A stretch of 64,000 bases of DNA from Lysobacterales bacterium. GTDB lineage: Bacteria; Pseudomonadota; Gammaproteobacteria; Xanthomonadales; Rhodanobacteraceae. Where the stretch lies: positions 385-64,384 of the forward strand of contig JAATFF010000120.1 in NCBI GenBank assembly GCA_015655335.1. The letters are read 5' to 3'. Both the position numbers and the translations under genes were made by a program. Under the pieces are notes generated by a model, which ran no database searches, was not told where the DNA came from, and was given only the letters and a program-made list of their open reading frames with translations. Of this stretch, positions 18,905 through 28,154 are shown piece by piece. Numbering within the stretch: the first letter of the stretch is position 1; every line of letters starts with the position of its first letter.

Positions 18905-21900
18905 TCAGTCCGCAGCGGGAATCTGCCCAAGCTTGCGCAACCGCCGCTCCGCCCGGCGCTGTTTGCGCTTCGCCTTGCGTTCGCGCCGATCATGCTGCCA
19001 CAGGTAAATCGCCGGCGTGCTGAGCAGGGTCAGCAGCTGGGAAACGAACAAGCCGCCCAGAATGGCGATACCCAACGGCTGGCGCATTTCCGAGCCGACG
19101 CCGAAACCGATCGCGAGCGGCAACGCTGCGCCCATCGCCACCAGTGTCGTCATGGTGATCGGGCGGAAACGCACGATCGCCGCTTCGCGGATCGCCTCGG
19201 GCGGCGTGCGGCCTTCCTCGCGTTCGGCGACCAAGGCGAAGTCCACCATCAGGATGGCGTTCTTCTTCACGATACCGATCAGCATCAATACGGCGATCAC
19301 CGACATCATCGTCACCTGTGTATGCGTGACCAGCATCGCCAGGAACGCGCCCATGCCAGCGGCGGGGAGCGTGGAAAGAATCGTCAGCGGATGGATCAGG
19401 CTCTCATAAAGAATACCCAGCACGATGTACATCACCAGGATCACCGCGGCGAAAATGATCAATGCGTTTTCCATCGCCTCGACCAGCTTCTGGTTATCGC
19501 CCGTAAAACGCTTGGACACACCGGGCGGAAGCTGCGCGGCGAACATGGCTTGATCGACCAGCTTCAAACCATCGGCCTGGGTAATGCCCTTGTCGAGGTT
19601 GTAGCTGATCGTGGCCGATTCCATCTGGTTGTAATGCTCAATCTCCACTGGTGCGATATACGGCTTGATATGCGCCATGGCCGACAGCGGAATCATCTTG
19701 CCCTGAGCATTGCGCACGTAGGTGTTCAGCAAGGTATCGGGGCTGAGCGAATCGGCGTTGCCCGCTGTCATCACCACGCGATACTGATTGATGTCCGAAT
19801 AGATCACCGAGACGGGAGTCTGGCTGAAGGCGTCCGTTAGGGCCTGATCGATATCGCCCATGCCCACCAGCAGCCGCGACGCCGCGCTACGATCGACCTC
19901 CAGCAGCTGCTGTTTGCCGATGCTGTCGTAGCTGGTGGTGACGTTCTGGAACTGCTTCATCTTGCGCATCACCTGCGCGAGGCGAAGCGTCGGTTCCTGC
20001 AGCGGGGCACTCGTGGTGCTGCCCAGGTCGAAAGCGAATTCGCCACCGCCTTTGTTGCTGCCGCCGCCGATGAATTGCATGCCGCGCATCGTGATGGTCA
20101 TGTCGGCGATGCTCTTGTATTGCTTATCCAGCCGCTCGATCACCTTGTCCACGGAATCGGGGCGCTGGCCCACGCCTTTGCCAAGCGGTTTGAGATCGAC
20201 GAACAACGTGGAGTTATTGCCGACCGCGCCATTGTTGTTGTTGCCGCCAAGAATCGTGGTGACGTCCTGCACGGCAGGATCGGCCTGCATGATGGCGGCA
20301 ACCGCCTGAGTGCGCGTGGCCATCAGTGACGGAGAGATATTCGCATCCGCACTCATTTGCGCGATCAACATGCCGGTATCTTCCTTCGGCATGATCGCGC
20401 CGCCGGCCGTATTGGTGACGACCCAGGCAAGAGCCACCGTAAGGATCAGCAAGATCGGCGGCTGCCAACGCATGATGCGTCGATGATGCATCGCCCAATC
20501 CAGGCCGCGCTCGTAGATGCGCAGCAGTTGGCGATCGAAGCGCTCCACGATGGCTTCCAGCTTACCCGGCGTGCGTTCGCCTGGTTTTTCCGGCAGGAGG
20601 TAACGGCCGCATAAAGCAGGCGTGAGTGTGAGCGACACCAATGCGGAAATCACGATCGTCGCGATCAAGGTGACTGAGAACTCGCGCATCAGCATCACGA
20701 GCGTGTTGTTGCCGAACACCATCGGCGCGAACACCGCCACCAGCGAGACCGTGATCGAGATCACCGTGAAGCCGATCTCGCGCACGCCCAGCAGCGCGGC
20801 ATCCAACGAGCGCATGCCGTGCTCCATATGGCGCACGATGTTCTCGATCACCACGATCGCGTCGTCCACCACGAATCCGATGCACAACACCAGCGCGATC
20901 AACGACAGCGTATTGAGCGTGAAGCCGAGCGCGTACATCACCACGAACGCACCGGCCAGCGACAGCGGCACGCTGAGCATGGCAATCAGCGTAGGGCGCA
21001 GCCGGCGCAGGAACACCAACATCACCAGCGCCACCATCACGATACTGAGCAGCAGTGCAATTTCCACTTCATGCAGTGCCGATTTGGTGCCTTGGGTGAG
21101 ATCGAAGATCGGTGTGATCTGCACATCGGCCGGTACGAGATTGCGCAGCCCGGGGAGCCGGTTGCGGATTTCTTCCACCACCGCTACCGAATTGGCTTCG
21201 GGTCGCTTGCTGATCTGCATCGACACCGCGCGCTGGCCGTTGAACCACGCGGCCTGGTACTTATCCTGTTCGCCGCTGGTGATCGTCGCGACGTCCGAGA
21301 GATGCACCGGCACGCCTTTCTGGCTGGCGATCACCAGGGAGGCGAAATCCTGGGGCGTATGCAGCGCATCGTTGGCGGTGACGGTCATCTGGCGGATGCC
21401 GTCGCTGAGAATGCCCTGGGGCGACGTCACGTTCGCCGCACGCAGCGCGTTGGAGACATCGTTGGCGGTGATGCCTTTGGCCGTGAGCGCAGTGTTGTTC
21501 AACGAGACGCGTACGGCATGCGGCGTGCCGCCGAATACCTGCACCTGCGCGACGCCTGGAATCTGCGCCACGGCAGGCATCAGCAAGGTATCGGTGAGGT
21601 CGTAAAGCCGGTCCGGCGGCATGCTGGTCGAGGTGAGCGAGATCAGCAGGATCGGAATGGATGATGTATCGAATTTGAAATATTGCGGGGGCTGCATGCC
21701 CGCGGGCAGATCCGGTGCCGCCGCGTTGATGGCCGCCTGTACATCGCGCGCGGCCTTGTCCGCGCTGCGACCGAAGTTGAACAGGATTCGGATCTGCGTG
21801 CCGCCCGCGTTGGAATCCGAATCCATCTCCTGGATATCCGGAATGCGGCCCAGCTGGCGCTCTAGCGGCGCTACTACGGTGGCCGCCATGGTTTGCGCAT

Positions 21901-22063
21901 CGGCGCCGGGATATTGGGCAATGACCACAATGCCGGGAAAATCGAGCGATGGCAGCGCGGCCACGCCCAACACCAAATAAGCGCAAAAGCCGGCGATGGT
22001 CAGGCCGATCGCCAGCAACGCCGTGCCGACCGGTCTGCGAATAATGGGCGCAAAGACGTTCAC
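18905..22063 (-). CDS. RND efflux permease (HAE1, MdtB/MdtC-like), copy 1
   Basis: 1052 aa, GTG start, same motifs. Confidence 0.95.
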   Translation of the reverse strand: MNVFAPIIRRPVGTALLAIGLTIAGFCAYLVLGVAALPSLDFPGIVVIAQYPGADAQTMAATVVAPLERQLGRIPDIQEMDSDSNAGGTQIRILFNFGRSADKAARDVQAAINAAAPDLPAGMQPPQYFKFDTSSIPILLISLTSTSMPPDRLYDLTDTLLMPAVAQIPGVAQVQVFGGTPHAVRVSLNNTALTAKGITANDVSNALRAANVTSPQGILSDGIRQMTVTANDALHTPQDFASLVIASQKGVPVHLSDVATITSGEQDKYQAAWFNGQRAVSMQISKRPEANSVAVVEEIRNRLPGLRNLVPADVQITPIFDLTQGTKSALHEVEIALLLSIVMVALVMLVFLRRLRPTLIAMLSVPLSLAGAFVVMYALGFTLNTLSLIALVLCIGFVVDDAIVVIENIVRHMEHGMRSLDAALLGVREIGFTVISITVSLVAVFAPMVFGNNTLVMLMREFSVTLIATIVISALVSLTLTPALCGRYLLPEKPGERTPGKLEAIVERFDRQLLRIYERGLDWAMHHRRIMRWQPPILLILTVALAWVVTNTAGGAIMPKEDTGMLIAQMSADANISPSLMATRTQAVAAIMQADPAVQDVTTILGGNNNNGAVGNNSTLFVDLKPLGKGVGQRPDSVDKVIERLDKQYKSIADMTITMRGMQFIGGGSNKGGGEFAFDLGSTTSAPLQEPTLRLAQVMRKMKQFQNVTTSYDSIGKQQLLEVDRSAASRLLVGMGDIDQALTDAFSQTPVSVIYSDINQYRVVMTAGNADSLSPDTLLNTYVRNAQGKMIPLSAMAHIKPYIAPVEIEHYNQMESATISYNLDKGITQADGLKLVDQAMFAAQLPPGVSKRFTGDNQKLVEAMENALIIFAAVILVMYIVLGILYESLIHPLTILSTLPAAGMGAFLAMLVTHTQVTMMSVIAVLMLIGIVKKNAILMVDFALVAEREEGRTPPEAIREAAIVRFRPITMTTLVAMGAALPLAIGFGVGSEMRQPLGIAILGGLFVSQLLTLLSTPAIYLWQHDRRERKAKRKQRRAERRLRKLGQIPAAD

Positions 22064-22163
22064 CGCGTCATCTCAACGCGGGTGTCAGGTAAGCGCACGC
22101 CGCGCACGCGCGTATCCAGCGCATGCGTCGGCGCGTCGAAAAAGAAAGGCACATTCATGGGCA

Positions 22164-22226
22164 CCTTATGCCTTGGGGAGCTACTCCCGCGAATGTGCCT
22201 GAAGTCCGGCCGTGCCGAAAGGCATG
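22164..22226 (-). promoter_or_regulatory. Conserved RND upstream motif, copy C
   Basis: GCGAATGTGCCTGAAGTCCGGCCGTGCCGAAAGGCATG, ~126 bp upstream of start 22063. Confidence 0.7.
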
Positions 22227-22237
22227 GCGCTGCATTT

Positions 22238-22372
22238 CTCCCTCTCCCCTTCGGGGAGAGGGTTGGGGTGAGGGGGCAACCTTGCGTAAAACTTGGCGTG
22301 AAAAGCGCCTCGTATAAGGGATTGAGCTAGATTTGCCCCTCACCTCAATCCTCTCCCCGGAGGGGAGAGGAG
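22238..22372. repeat. Bipartite palindromic REP/REPIN-like element (CCCTCTCCCC..GGGGAGAGGG..GGGTGAGGGG family)
   Basis: Two inverted copies of a hairpin-forming unit. Same family as the element at 61740-61922. Confidence 0.85.
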
Positions 22373-22392
22373 GCGAACGCAAGGAGCCATTC

Positions 22393-24297
22393 TCAGGGGC
22401 TGTAACGCAGCGTGAGATACCAGGTGCGACCTAGCTGGTTGTAGTAATACGCCGTTTCATAATGGTGATCGAACGCGTTTGCCAACCGCGCTTCCACGCG
22501 CCAATCCGGCGCAAACGCGTAGCTGGCGCGCAGATCGGTGGTGGCATAACCGCCCATGCGATACACGTTCGCGGCGTCGTCATAACGCTTGCCGGAGGCG
22601 AAGAAGGTGGCGCCCACGGCGAACTTGCCGAAGCTGCGATCAACATCTACGCGTGCCGTTTGCTTGGCGCGGCGCTGCAGCAGGTTGCCATTGTCGGGGC
22701 CGCCACTGTCGTCTTTCGGCTGCAATAGGGTCAGGTAGCTCTGCACGCGCCAATCGTCCACATTGAAGCCGAACTGGCCTTCGATGCCGCGGATCAGCGC
22801 GCGGCTGGTGTTCATGGGCACGAATTCTTCGTTCAGGGTGATCAGATCGGTAATGCGGGTCTGATACGCGTTCACGCCCCAGTTCCACCCGTTCAGCTGC
22901 TGCGTGATGCCGATTTCAGCACTGCGCGAATTTTCCGGCTTCAAATCGGGATTGGCGGTGGGAATGCCGCCAAACGCCGGATAGTAAAGATCGTCGAAGG
23001 TCGGTGCGTGGAAGGCCGTGCCGTAGCTGGCCGACAACACCAAGCCCTGGTCGAAGTGATAACCCCATGCCACTGCGCCGGTGTCGTGATTGCCGAATTC
23101 ATCGTTGTGATCGTGGCGCGCCGACAACTGCACTTCGTTCTGGCCGAACGTGCCTTGGTATTGCGCAAACGTGCCCGTGTCGCCGCGAGTGGTTTGCCCG
23201 AAATCGGTGTCGCTGTAGATATGTTCCTGCTGGTAATCCACGCCAACGGTGAGCAATTGGTCGGTGGTCAGCGTGATGTCGTTCTGCCAGGAGGCCTGGT
23301 TGCGGCGCGAATCAAAATAACCCGTCGCGAAGCGTGGGTAGTACGCGCCGAAATAGCTGCCTTGGTAGAGCGTGCTGTCATCGTCCCGACTCTGGCCGGC
23401 GTTCAGCGTCACCTTCCAGATATCCAATGGCATGAAGCTCAGTCGCGCACCGGCGACGTGTTGTTCCTCGATGGAATCGTTTCCGCCGAAGGGACTACCG
23501 GCGTACTCGGCGTTGCTCTTGCTACGCAGCCAATCGAAAGCCAGTTCCGTGCCGTTATCCCAGCGATAGCCGAAGTTGGCGAAGCCGTTCCAGTTGCGAT
23601 ACGCGTCGTTGCGCGGATCGTCGACGAAGCACGCTACACCTGCCTCCGCAGCACCCGCACGACAAGAGGGAATGCCGCTGGTGTATTCACCGCCCAGGCT
23701 GGCGTTGTACCAAAAGTGCGAATCGCCGCCGGAAATGCCGGCTTGGCTGTTGATAAATCCGTGGCTGCCGCCCGTCACGCTGAGCGACGGCGCGATGCCG
23801 CCGTTGGGCTGGCCATGGCGCGTAAAAATCTGGATCACGCCACCGATCGCGTTGGAACCATAGAGGCTCGCGCGCGGGCCGCGCACAATCTCGATGCGAT
23901 CGATCGCTTCCACCGGAATCTGTTCCAGCGCGGGCACGCCCGCGCTCACCGAGCCGATGCGCACGCCGTCGATCAGCACCAATGTGTGCGTAGCATTCGT
24001 GCCGCGCATATACAGCGAAGCCTGCGACCCGATGCCGCCGGTCTGGGCGATCGATATACCCGGCAGGCCGTTGAGCAGATCTACTAACGACGTCGGCTGC
24101 AGGCGATCGATATCTTCGCGCGTAATCACCGTCACCGAGGACAGCGCGTCATTGGCCGTAATCGCCGTGCGAGTAGCGGTAACGATCACCGGCGAAAGCG
24201 TATTGTTCTGATCGTTGGCAGCTGTCTGCGCATCGGCGGCCTGTGCGGCCAGCAAAAGGCTAAGCAGCGCGGCTGCCAGCGAAGTCTTCTTCAACAT
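22393..24297 (-). CDS. btuB: TonB-dependent vitamin B12 receptor
   Basis: Signal peptide, TonB box region VIVTATR, plug motif LVLIDGVR..., IEIVRGPRASLYGS.AIGGVIQIFTR, and an upstream cobalamin riboswitch. Start at ATG 24297. Confidence 0.9.
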   Translation of the reverse strand: MLKKTSLAAALLSLLLAAQAADAQTAANDQNNTLSPVIVTATRTAITANDALSSVTVITREDIDRLQPTSLVDLLNGLPGISIAQTGGIGSQASLYMRGTNATHTLVLIDGVRIGSVSAGVPALEQIPVEAIDRIEIVRGPRASLYGSNAIGGVIQIFTRHGQPNGGIAPSLSVTGGSHGFINSQAGISGGDSHFWYNASLGGEYTSGIPSCRAGAAEAGVACFVDDPRNDAYRNWNGFANFGYRWDNGTELAFDWLRSKSNAEYAGSPFGGNDSIEEQHVAGARLSFMPLDIWKVTLNAGQSRDDDSTLYQGSYFGAYYPRFATGYFDSRRNQASWQNDITLTTDQLLTVGVDYQQEHIYSDTDFGQTTRGDTGTFAQYQGTFGQNEVQLSARHDHNDEFGNHDTGAVAWGYHFDQGLVLSASYGTAFHAPTFDDLYYPAFGGIPTANPDLKPENSRSAEIGITQQLNGWNWGVNAYQTRITDLITLNEEFVPMNTSRALIRGIEGQFGFNVDDWRVQSYLTLLQPKDDSGGPDNGNLLQRRAKQTARVDVDRSFGKFAVGATFFASGKRYDDAANVYRMGGYATTDLRASYAFAPDWRVEARLANAFDHHYETAYYYNQLGRTWYLTLRYSP

Positions 24298-24441
24298 GAT
24301 GTCGGTTCCCCTGCCGCACGTCCCCGCGCGGCGTAAATAAATAAGCCGGCGTCTTGCGGGGTGAGGAACGGAATAGCGGGCAGGCGACAGGCGCTGAGGC
24401 ACGCGATCCGAGCCTCGCCCGCCGCGAGTCGCCAGAACCAA

Positions 24442-24607
24442 AGAGCCTCTCTACGGCCACTCAACGACAACCCTTCGGGCTGGGTCTGTTTGCGCTCAAT
24501 CCTGCGTCATCACTCGGTTGTGTATCGACATACACGCCCTCGTTCTTCCTTGTCTTGCGCGCAAACAGATCCCAGCGCGGGCCATGCAGAGGCCGTAGAT
24601 AGGCTCT
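24442..24607. mobile_element. MITE-like element (~166 bp) in the btuB leader
   Basis: 17-bp terminal inverted repeats AGAGCCTCTCTACGGCC / GGCCGTAGATAGGCTCT (1 mismatch). Inner IR GCTGGGTCTGTTTGCGC / GCGCAAACAGATCCCAGC. Central TGTGTATCGACATACAC hairpin. Confidence 0.7.
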
Positions 24608-24818
24608 GTCTCAGGCCGGTCTCCGGACTCGCGAGTGGCATGCGTCAAACCCATGCCGTCGAACGATGCCTTCCCATGCTTGTGAGCACAGTGGCGTGTG
24701 ACCGTTCGAAAAAACGCTCGCTTACCGTTGCGGGGGCAGCGCCGGCCTTGCTGTGCGAACACAACGCACCGGCTTCCCGTTTCATCCCCTTTAGAAAGAC
24801 CAAGGGGACACCCGAAAC
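24608..24818 (-). ncRNA. Cobalamin (B12) riboswitch
   Basis: Minus strand: GGTG..., AAACGGGAAGCCGGTG...CCGGCGCTGCCCCCGCAACGGTAA...GCCACTG...TGGGAAGGC...GAGTCCGGAGACCGGCC (B12 box). Confidence 0.95.
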
Positions 24819-24944
24819 GCGCGAACTGTAGCGGGTGGGGGCCCTAAGGGCAATCTTCGCCTGCGCCTTGGAACAGGCACCGCAGGCCGGCTCGGTCGAG
24901 AAAAACCTTGGCTTTGGAGCGTGCCCCTGGGGTCAGCGCGGGCC

Positions 24945-24973
24945 TTGAAGTAGATATCATTTTGATATATAAA
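24945..24973 (+). promoter_or_regulatory. sigma70-like promoter with a palindromic operator in the spacer
   Basis: TTGAAG-17 bp-TATAAA, containing ATATCA-TTT-TGATAT. Confidence 0.6.
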
Positions 24974-24998
24974 AGATCCCTCCTATGGAGGTCAAGTC

Positions 24999-25868
24999 AT
25001 GAACGAGCGCAATGGATTTTCGATCGCAGGCATTCCCTTTATCGTGGTATGCCTCGTGCTGGTGTTCGTCGGCATCGGCCTGTTTTTCCACCTGAGCGCG
25101 AGTGGCTTGCCGCCCTGGACGGGCGCGATAGGCATCGTCCTTTTTGCCGTGGTCGGATGGCCGCTGAAGGGTTTTTTCCAAGTGGCTCCCAACGAAGGAC
25201 AAGTGCTGCAGCTTTTCGGCCGGTATGCAGGCACCGTACGTCAGGAGGGACTGCGCTGGACCAACCCCTTCTGCACCCGGCGCCGGGTGTCGCTGCGCAC
25301 GCGCAATTTTGAAAGCAGCAAATTGAAAGTGAACGACAGCGATGGAAATCCCATTGAGATCGCGGCCGTCGTCGTATGGCAGGTCATCGATACCGCCGAG
25401 GCCACGTTCTGTGTCGACGACTACGAAAACTTCGTCCACATTCAAAGCGAGTCCGCGTTGCGCCAGATGGCACAAAGCTATCCTTACGACGCACACGACG
25501 ATGGCAAGCCGTCGCTGCGTAGCCACGGCGAGGAAATCAACAATCATCTGCGCGATGAGATCCAGGCCAGGCTCGGCAAGGCGGGCGTGCAGATAAGCGA
25601 AGCGCGCATCAGCCATCTCGCCTACGCACAGGAGATCGCCCAGGCCATGCTGCAGCGCCAACAGGCGGGCGCCATCATTGCGGCGCGCGGGCGTATTGTC
25701 GAGGGTGCCGTGGGCATGGTGGCGATGGCGCTGGAGAAGCTGCGTACGCAAGGCGTCGTCGATCTCGACGAAGAACGCAAGGCGGCCATGGTCAGCAATC
25801 TGTTGGTCGTACTATGTGGCGAGCGCGGTACGCAGCCGGTGGTCAACGCCGGCACGCTGCACAATTGA
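24999..25868 (+). CDS. SPFH/band 7 domain membrane protein
   Basis: Two N-terminal TM helices, [41 protein letters not shown]. Confidence 0.92.
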   Translation: MNERNGFSIAGIPFIVVCLVLVFVGIGLFFHLSASGLPPWTGAIGIVLFAVVGWPLKGFFQVAPNEGQVLQLFGRYAGTVRQEGLRWTNPFCTRRRVSLRTRNFESSKLKVNDSDGNPIEIAAVVVWQVIDTAEATFCVDDYENFVHIQSESALRQMAQSYPYDAHDDGKPSLRSHGEEINNHLRDEIQARLGKAGVQISEARISHLAYAQEIAQAMLQRQQAGAIIAARGRIVEGAVGMVAMALEKLRTQGVVDLDEERKAAMVSNLLVVLCGERGTQPVVNAGTLHN

Positions 25869-25875
25869 AGGCGCC

Positions 25876-26064
25876 ATGGCCACAGACAAAAAAGCCTACC
25901 CACTACGGCTCAGCTCGCACGTCCTGGATGCGATGCAACGCTGGGCCGACGATGAGCTGCGCAGCGTCAACGCGCAAATTGAATTTGTGCTGCGTCAGGC
26001 ACTCTATAAAAACGGCCGACTTAAACCTGGGAAGGTAAAGCCGGTCGCCGATAACGATCAGTGA
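25876..26064 (+). CDS. Arc-family ribbon-helix-helix DNA-binding protein
   Basis: KKAYPLRL...[19 protein letters not shown]; usual partner of this SPFH subfamily. Confidence 0.85.
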   Translation: MATDKKAYPLRLSSHVLDAMQRWADDELRSVNAQIEFVLRQALYKNGRLKPGKVKPVADNDQ

Positions 26065-26169
26065 CTGACAGGCGCTAGCGTGTCGTCGCTGCTGTATCGA
26101 TCATGCTGCGCGTCGCCGCGTTGAGCTCGCGTCGATGAGCGGCGCGCTCAAAAACTTCCCTTGACGCGC

Positions 26170-26751
26170 TTACGGCGTAGCCGGCGCCTGCAAAGCAGCG
26201 CTCAGAATGGGTAGGTAATGTTCCAGCCCAGGAACTTTTAAATGCTGGATCTTCGCTTCGTCGTCCCAACGGCGAAGTAGCACGGCAAGCCGCGCATTTG
26301 GCAAAGCATCAAAGGCGATTGCTTCTTCGCGGCTCATGATGCCGCCCTGGATTTGCATGCTTTCAATGGAAGCCGGTGAAAGCTGAGAGATATAGTTGGA
26401 ATCGGTAGCGCAAAGGTAACGCTTGGCAGCCACGTGCAAGCGAATGGGCTCGGTAACTCCCTCGTCGAACCAGTGCGATAGATACGCCGCGCCAATCGCT
26501 TCGTGCCGCCCGTCCTTGCCATACTGTGCAATGTCCTCGGCCAGACCGTGCAAGATGTGCCCGATATCGTGCAGCAACGCGGCCGTGATGACGGGCGCGC
26601 TAGCATGGGATTGCTCGGCAAAATAAGCGCATTGCAGGCTATGTTCGAGAATCGAGATCTGTTCTCCAAAATAGGCTTCTTGGCCTTTCCTGGAGAGCAG
26701 CTCCAGCAGCTCCTGAACGTTCTTCGTGGCGGTCATATCGGCCGATTGCAT
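26170..26751 (-). CDS. HD-domain phosphonate-degradation oxygenase (PhnZ/TmpB-like)
   Basis: Y.GE.IS.LEH.LQCA, AALLHDIGH, HE..GA, LHVAAKRYL, LS.AS..S...QGG.M, LRRWDDEAK. Confidence 0.85.
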   Translation of the reverse strand: MQSADMTATKNVQELLELLSRKGQEAYFGEQISILEHSLQCAYFAEQSHASAPVITAALLHDIGHILHGLAEDIAQYGKDGRHEAIGAAYLSHWFDEGVTEPIRLHVAAKRYLCATDSNYISQLSPASIESMQIQGGIMSREEAIAFDALPNARLAVLLRRWDDEAKIQHLKVPGLEHYLPILSAALQAPATP

Positions 26752-26851
26752 TATCCAGAGCGAGCTAGTTAAGCGCCGACGGATTGCAAGCGCGCAGCAG
26801 TCACCTAGACAGCCCGATCAACTTGTCTAGCGACGATCTCCGCGCAACGGA

Positions 26852-27937
26852 TTAGTGTGCCGCATCGCTCGGTGCAGGCGACAGATGATCGAGCTGCGAT
26901 TTGTACGCTTGAAAAAATGCATCGCGTAGCACATCTAAAATAGCTTGCGGCTCGTCGATTTTCCCCTCGCCGATACGCCCGTTAATGGGCACCTTCGTTA
27001 CGAGTTGATCCTTCGAAGGGCTCTTCAACATAGACACCACTCCCTGTGCGGCTGCCTCGTAAAGCAGCTTGATCGGCCCTTTCTTTTCCTCCTGAACATC
27101 TTTCTTCCAACTGAACATCTGCAGATCCTTGAAAACCGGTTCCGCATAACCTTCGATGTAACCGTTCTTGGCCTTGAGTTCCATCGTGAAATCACCCGTA
27201 CCCGCGGCAAAATCCAATCCGGTGTAAGCACGCGCCAATGCGTTGGCACGCACCAATTGAATGTGCGTGACGCGGATATGATAGGTGAAGTCGCCAAAAC
27301 GATTGGCCGGATCAAACGGGGCGTTCGTCTCCAGGGGAGCGTCGCCTAGAATCGTGGCCGTTGCGTGCAGCTCGGCCATGCGTGCGCCATGTTGATCTTT
27401 CGCTTCGGCCAGGTTCGTTATGGTGCTGTTGACGTCGCTCATCGTCAGATCGACGCGCGGACTGGATGCGATATTAAGGAATCTGGCCGTACCGTTTTTT
27501 ACACGGATCTCGTCGATCTCCGTGGGAATCAAAATATTGAGGGCGTTGCTCCAATTGACGCCTTTACCCGTCTGGCTCTCGCTTTCGCTTTTGCCAGCGA
27601 TGAAATTGACGGTGGCGTCGTAAAAATCCACTTCTCCGCGAAGATGGCCGTGCAGCAGCGCGCTGTAGCTCACCGTGATCTCGGTGCGAGGCGCAATGAG
27701 AAAAGGCTCATTCGATGGCGCGCCGATCTTGTCGATGCGCAGATTGTGAATCGTGTAACTGCCGCGCCAGATATGCAAATCGATATCTGCCATGGAGCCA
27801 TGATACGTCCCCATATGTCCGATACGCTGATCAAGATGGTGACGAATCCAGCCTGGTAACAAAAGGCGTACGACGATGAACACCAGCGTCAGAGCGACCA
27901 ATGGCCACACGAAATAGTGCGCATGTGCGAGTTTCAC
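26852..27937 (-). CDS. DUF748 domain protein
   Basis: N-terminal TM, Y.G...DIDL.IWRG.Y, N.LARAY..LDF..G, LRDAF.QA. GTG 27937 chosen as the likely start. Confidence 0.75.
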   Translation of the reverse strand: MKLAHAHYFVWPLVALTLVFIVVRLLLPGWIRHHLDQRIGHMGTYHGSMADIDLHIWRGSYTIHNLRIDKIGAPSNEPFLIAPRTEITVSYSALLHGHLRGEVDFYDATVNFIAGKSESESQTGKGVNWSNALNILIPTEIDEIRVKNGTARFLNIASSPRVDLTMSDVNSTITNLAEAKDQHGARMAELHATATILGDAPLETNAPFDPANRFGDFTYHIRVTHIQLVRANALARAYTGLDFAAGTGDFTMELKAKNGYIEGYAEPVFKDLQMFSWKKDVQEEKKGPIKLLYEAAAQGVVSMLKSPSKDQLVTKVPINGRIGEGKIDEPQAILDVLRDAFFQAYKSQLDHLSPAPSDAAH

Positions 27938-28154
27938 GGAGCAGTTCCCATCTAAAAACGGGACGAATGTAACTAACTCCATGGATAGTAGCGCCGCGCA
28001 ACCACTTCCGCCTGCTTCCTGCATCCAGAGCCGCTTCTGGATCACTGGGAAGCGACGCGCGGGAGGAAGCAAAGACCACATACTCCTCACTCCAGCTCGA
28101 CTAGTGGACTAATCTAACGAGCAAGCGCCAAGGCCAACGTGAGGGAGTGCCGAA

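Noticed and set aside
12034-22063. Long plus-strand ORFs (e.g. 16218-18080, 13951-15504)
   Set aside because: Antisense shadows of high-GC RND genes with no recognisable motifs.
12034-22063. Assembly triplication of one RND gene
   Set aside because: The copies differ substantially in protein sequence and spacers, consistent with real paralogs.
15325-22226. Known riboswitch (guanidine, c-di-GMP) for the RND upstream motif
   Set aside because: It lacks the consensus elements I know, and it lies upstream of a putative -10, which favours a DNA site.
24298-24441. N-terminal extension of btuB in the ORF track
   Set aside because: The signal peptide begins at ATG 24297; the upstream sequence is riboswitch leader.
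26075-26169. Possible C-terminal gene remnant (FERAAHRRELNAATRSMI)
   Set aside because: Too short to assign; no start codon or family motif.
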